From Podarcis filfolensis (lineage: Eukaryota), in NCBI GenBank assembly GCA_964270895.1, contig OZ185442.1: DNA of 64,000 nt; one strand, 5' to 3'. The notes beneath the pieces are model-generated. The model worked only from the letters and a program-made list of their open reading frames with translations, had not been told where the DNA came from and did not search any database. Shown piece after piece: positions 59,572-64,000 of the stretch. The number at the start of each line of letters is the position of its first letter. Position 1 is the stretch's first letter. Both the position numbers and the translations under genes were made by a program.

Positions 59572-59795
59572 AGAGCCAGTATGTCGCAGTGGTTAAAGTC
59601 TTGGACTAGGATCTGGAAGACCAGGGTTCAAATCCCCACTCAATCATGAAAGTTCACTGGGAGACCTTGGGCCAATCACTGGCTCTCAGCCTAACCTACC
59701 TCACAGGGTAAAATGAGTGTGTGGGGGACCATGTACATACACCTTGAGCTCCCTGGAGGAAAGGTGGAATAGAAATGTAACAGATGAATAAATAA
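59572..59795 (+). mobile_element. Squam3/MIR-like SINE, inserted in an AT-rich element (~59385-59930)
   Basis: AGAGCCAGTATGTCGCAGTGGTTAAAGTCTTGGACTAGGATCTGGAAGACCAGGGTTCAAATCCCCACTC..CCTACCTCACAGGG. Confidence 0.85.
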
Positions 59796-60007
59796 TACAT
59801 AAATGTGCTATATTGCCTATAGATTTTCCACGTGCACTTTAATATGCACATTCCTTGTTCAAGATCTGAAAGGCAGAATTTGGAGAAGTGTGGGCTTTGA
59901 AGTATAGCTGTGCGTCAGTTCACATTTTTTGCTTGGGGTACGTGTGAATCAGGGCAGGTTCTCCTTAAAATGCCAACCAAATTAATCTCCCCATAAGTGC
60001 CTACTAT

Positions 60008-60028
60008 GGAGCTGTCTGTGGTGCTGAA
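60008..60028 (-). promoter_or_regulatory. RE1/NRSE (REST binding site), 19/21 match
   Basis: Minus strand TTCAGCACCACAGACAGCTCC vs consensus TTCAGCACCACGGACAGCGCC, with correct half-site spacing; not within a recognisable repeat. Confidence 0.75.
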
Positions 60029-60472
60029 TCTGTAAGCCCAGCTAGAATGGCCGCCTTCTTCAGATTCCTGTTTGGCCATTTCCTCTTTCCACCCCATTGG
60101 TGGGTGAAAATTATAAGAAGGCACCCAGGTTCATTGATCCTTAGCAAAGCCCTCCATCTGAACACATTTCATATTGCTGATCCTCTAGCTAACATGAGTG
60201 CAACTGTTAAACTCAGCCTTATATTATCTCTCTCTACCTCCAAATCCCTCCTCAAAAGCCACCTCTTCCGTGAAGTGTTGGATTCGATGCTTTCGACTTC
60301 ATCCCCAGCAGAGATGAATCCTAAGTTCACAAAACTGCAATTTGCTCACGTCCACCCGCTTTCTTTGCCTTCCACCCTTTCCTCTTTCCTTGTGTCGTCT
60401 CTCACACTGTTGAAATTCAGATTGCAAAAATTCATTTTGGCAGGGCCTTGCACTTTCAGTGGCTGCTGTTTA

Positions 60473-60687
60473 CAGTGGTACCTCGGGTTAACTATTTAAT
60501 TCATTCCGGAGGTCCGTTCTTAACCTGAAACTGTTCTTAACCTGAAGCACCACTTTAGCTAATGGGGCCTTGCACCGCCGGAGCACGATTTCTGTTCTCA
60601 TCCTGAAGCAAAGTTCTTAACCCGAGGTAGTATTTCTGCGTTAGCAGAGTCTGTAACCTGAAGCGTATGTAACCTGAGTTACCACTG
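60473..60687 (+). mobile_element. Tc1/mariner (Tigger/pogo-like) MITE, copy 3
   Basis: CAGTGGTACCTCGGGTT ... AACCTGAGTTACCACTG, TA flanks; homologous to 14044-14269. Confidence 0.9.
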
Positions 60688-61702
60688 TATTGTACTCAGC
60701 ACAGCTTCACTTTTGTTGTTGGAGTTATGTAACGAAATGCACCATATGGGGTCAGTTTCTCATCATGCTCCCCACCCTGAACTGGGATTTCATTTAAACT
60801 ATAGGGCATATTGTGGACAATAATACCCTGACTGGGATGCCCTGGAGAAATGGGGGGGGGGGCTAGCTCCCTACATCTCCCACTCAAACAGATCCTTCGG
60901 GAAAATCAATTCCTCCTTTTTATGGCTACGTATATTGACCCATCCCAAACTTCCTTTCCTTTCCTTTCCTTCTTTCTTTGTGAAGTTTTATGGAAGGATT
61001 GGTCAGTGAGGACATGGTGGCTACAGTTGGGGTGTAACATTACTTACTGGCATTTGGAACATAGCTCTTTGTGGCCTTTGAGAGATTTGTGGAGCGAAAC
61101 CTGGCCCTTTTGTGATTTCCTGTGAAATCAGCAACATCTGTAGGGCCAAAGGTCAGCCACGTCTGCACTATTGCCTCATGCCAACTTTGTTTGATGGCAA
61201 CTGGAAGGCTGGGGTGTGAGCAAGTGGCATTTCCAGGAAGATGAGGGGAAGTCTCACTGAATAACTCCAGAATCAGTATCCTTTCAGCCCGTCTCTAAGA
61301 TTCTTTTGTACCAACATTAAGGCTGATACGCCTGATTGTCAAAACAGACATGTAAATATTACTAGTTATTATTGCCCCAAAGGACAGGCCTAATTTCCCC
61401 TCTTTCCCACAATGCCCTGGTCTTATAACCTTCGCAATTGCATCTGCCATTCTAATTGCAACCTCTGTGTGCAGCCACGGTTAAATTTGATCTGCAGTGC
61501 CATGGAAATTTGCATTAATTGGTTCATAATGCACTGCCGGGAACTTTTAATATCTTTATGGGTGACAGAAAACATCACTTGAAAGAGGACATGGAAGAGG
61601 TTAGGCTTCAGTCACTTGGGTGAATCCAATCCCACATTACAGATAATAAGTGCTCTAAAGGATGGCTTGGTTTTTAAGTGGACATGGATGTTTTTCTAAT
61701 GA

Positions 61703-61715
61703 CCACTAGGGGGCA
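61703..61715 (+). promoter_or_regulatory. CTCF core motif CCACTAGGGGGCA
   Basis: Exact fit to CCACYAGRKGGCR, in context TGACCACTAGGGGGCAC. Confidence 0.6.
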
Positions 61716-61999
61716 CATCCTAAACTTAAAAACAAAACAAACCCCTGACCTGTTAATGCTATTTCAGTGCCTCAGAAGTGTAGTTAAAAGTCCCACTGAC
61801 CTCACAGGAATCTGACATTCAAGGAAAGTCACTTAGCACCACCATCTTAGCTACCTTTTAAGAAACTGAAGCCAAATGAGATCGCTGCAAATACCTTATT
61901 TAATAGTTGGGTTTGGGAGTTTACATGAAATTTCATTTAGACTCTGAGTGGAATGAGTTCCAGAGGCATCGCAAATTGGTAGTAGCCAAGATTTGCCTG

Positions 62000-62125
62000 C
62001 CTGCACGAAGGGATCAGAGCAGGCAAAAAGCTCCAGGTTCAATCCCTGGTGTCTCCAGATAGAGTTGGAAAAGGCTCTCCATCAGAAACTCTGGAGAGAT
62101 ACTGCTAGTCTGTGTAGGCCAGATG
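62000..62125 (+). mobile_element. tRNA(Cys-like)-head SINE, degraded
   Basis: CCAGGTTCAATCCCTGGTGTCTCCAG..GAAACTCTGGAGAGATACTGCTAGTCTGTGTAG. Confidence 0.6.
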
Positions 62126-62669
62126 TGGGGAGCCTCAGGCCAGTGATCTCTGCCAGGCCTATGGTTCCTCCCCAGGCCACACAACCCACTCAGCCACCGG
62201 CTTTACTCTTAATTTTTGACCATGTGTGGGGAACCCTTTTCACTCAGAGGGCTACATTCCCATCTGGGTAACCTTCTGGGGTCCACCTGCCAGTGCTGGG
62301 TGGGGCTAGAGGCCAATGTGGGCAGAGCAGCCAATGGAAAATTTACGTTTGTGCAGCTGGCTAGTTTCTACACACACCTCCCTGTCTTCCATCAAGACAT
62401 GCAAAAGACACATCACAACCAGCACAGACAATCAGGGCGCGTAGTGGGGCCAGTGAGGGACATGGCCGGGGGAAGAGTTCCAAGGACCAGGTGGAGAGGT
62501 TGAGGAGGGGGCTGGATTTGTCACCTGCGCCCAAGTTTTCCCACCCAAGACACATGCATTGTTATTTTTTCACTGATGTCAGCTGCTTTGAGCACAACAT
62601 TCAGAGTGAGAAGGTAGGATAAACACCTGACAATCAGATGAAGCATTGCATGGACTTTGCACGACCCTT

Positions 62670-62701
<32 letters not shown>

Positions 62702-63233
62702 CATGCTTTGTCTAGTCTAGAAAGTAAAGGCAGGATTTTCTTCTGCCTATAAATCTTTCCAAGTTTAAATCCATTGTCTGATGAGAAAAGATGCTTGTGC
62801 CTTAATGGTGACCACAGCCAGATTCGGTTGCCACTTATCTGCATAGAGTTACTGCAGGGCATTTTTCTCTAATGTAGCTACAACATATCAGCATTTGCAT
62901 ATATTAATCCCTGGGTAGTCCCTGCATTATACACTTATTAATTGCATTTATGAGGATATAGCTATATTATTGTGTCCTAGACTTTCTCTGCTAATTGCTT
63001 TTAATTACAGTTTCTTTCTCCCTGTTTATTACCACATAGACACTAATTTGCCATTATTGGTGGCACACATTTAACCAGGGGGTGGCAGCTCAACTAATGA
63101 TGATTCCTATACCCCACCGCCCCGCCCTTCATCAACAAAGAGAAGAGTGTTTCTTGTGTAATTATTTGATGCATCAAAGGCTTTTAAAGCAGTAGAAGGT
63201 CTGTGGCATATTAGCAAGCAGCTCTAAAATCAT

Positions 63234-63247
63234 CCACTAGAGGGCAG
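63234..63247 (+). promoter_or_regulatory. CTCF core motif CCACTAGAGGGCAG
   Basis: Exact fit to CCACYAGRKGGCR; same orientation as 61703. Confidence 0.6.
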
Positions 63248-63249
63248 AA

Positions 63250-63410
63250 GTGCATACAAGAAAAGGCCAGTTGGATTTGACCAAAGGCCTGTCTAGTTCG
63301 GCATCCTGTTGCACCCACTGGAAACAGCCAGCTCACAAGCAAGGTGTTCTCAACACCTGTTATTCAGAGGTGTACTGCCTCTGAATCTGGATGATCCATT
63401 TAGCTATCAA
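63250..63410 (-). mobile_element. CR1 3'UTR fragment
   Basis: GGATTTGACCAAAGGCCTGTCTAGTTCGGCATCCTGTT..GTATTCAGAGG-like segments; reverse homolog of 23590-23750. Confidence 0.6.
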
Positions 63411-64000
63411 AGTGGTGGGAAATAATGCACAGTTCTCTGCACCAATAGACAGCTGTTGCCCCCCAAATTTAGTTGCTTATATCAAAGGAATACATGCAAC
63501 ACAGACCTTCTTCTACTACCTCCGTATTTCCCCATCTCAGTGACCTGTTGGATATGTTCCCAGCAACTGAAAACATGTCATTCCTGTCCCTAGGTTTTTC
63601 CTCCATCCAAAGTGACTTTTTGCCCTGGTTGTCAACATCCAGTCCTTGGCCTTCCCTCTCAGAAGTCTGAATGTGTGACAACAGTCTATGACATCACAGT
63701 AGCTCAACCAGTTAAAAATTGGCACTGCTAGTGAAAGGCAGCAGCCATTTTGAACAAATTTTAAAACATACTTATGAAGTCCAACGTGATCTGATAAGAA
63801 CTTCTGCATTTTAATTTCTGGCTCTTAGAGCTTCTTTGGATACTTACTTCTAACGGTCACATGACCAACACACACACACCACATGCAGCAAAATTGTTTG
63901 GGTTTGTGCAGCCCAGTGTTGGCCAATACTGCAGAGTCTCCTGTGGATACTACAAAATCTCAGACTACACTGTTGTTGTTTTTAGTTTGGGACCTGTCCT

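Noticed and set aside
1-64000. CRISPR arrays, rRNA, prokaryotic operons or defence systems
   Set aside because: The sequence is vertebrate; no repeat-spacer array, rRNA or gene-dense region is present.

Overview
Vertebrate genomic DNA, very probably from a lacertid lizard (inferred from three Sauria SINE copies plus Squam3/MIR-like and tRNA-head/CR1-tail SINEs). I found no host protein-coding exon I can support; nearly all short ORFs in the track look like noise or repeat-derived. The window reads as intronic or intergenic regulatory DNA with many SINEs, CR1 fragments and MITEs. Non-repeat blocks carry a near-consensus REST/RE1 site, two strong CTCF motifs, an RFX X-box and at least 10 POU octamers, which suggests a neuronal or developmental locus (inference). 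The standout is a young, full-length ~6.1 kb L1 at 38475-44564 between identical 16-bp target-site duplications. Its 5' 4.2 kb (5'UTR, ORF1, first 712 aa of ORF2) is inverted relative to its 3' 1.9 kb, with no sequence lost, which is the twin-priming signature. The inverted half forms a possible new minus-strand unit: promoter, intact ORF1, endonuclease-intact/RT-truncated ORF2, a stop inside the TSD and a flank-supplied AATAAA. Ends of old repeats are approximate. Family names come from recalled consensus sequences, not a database search.
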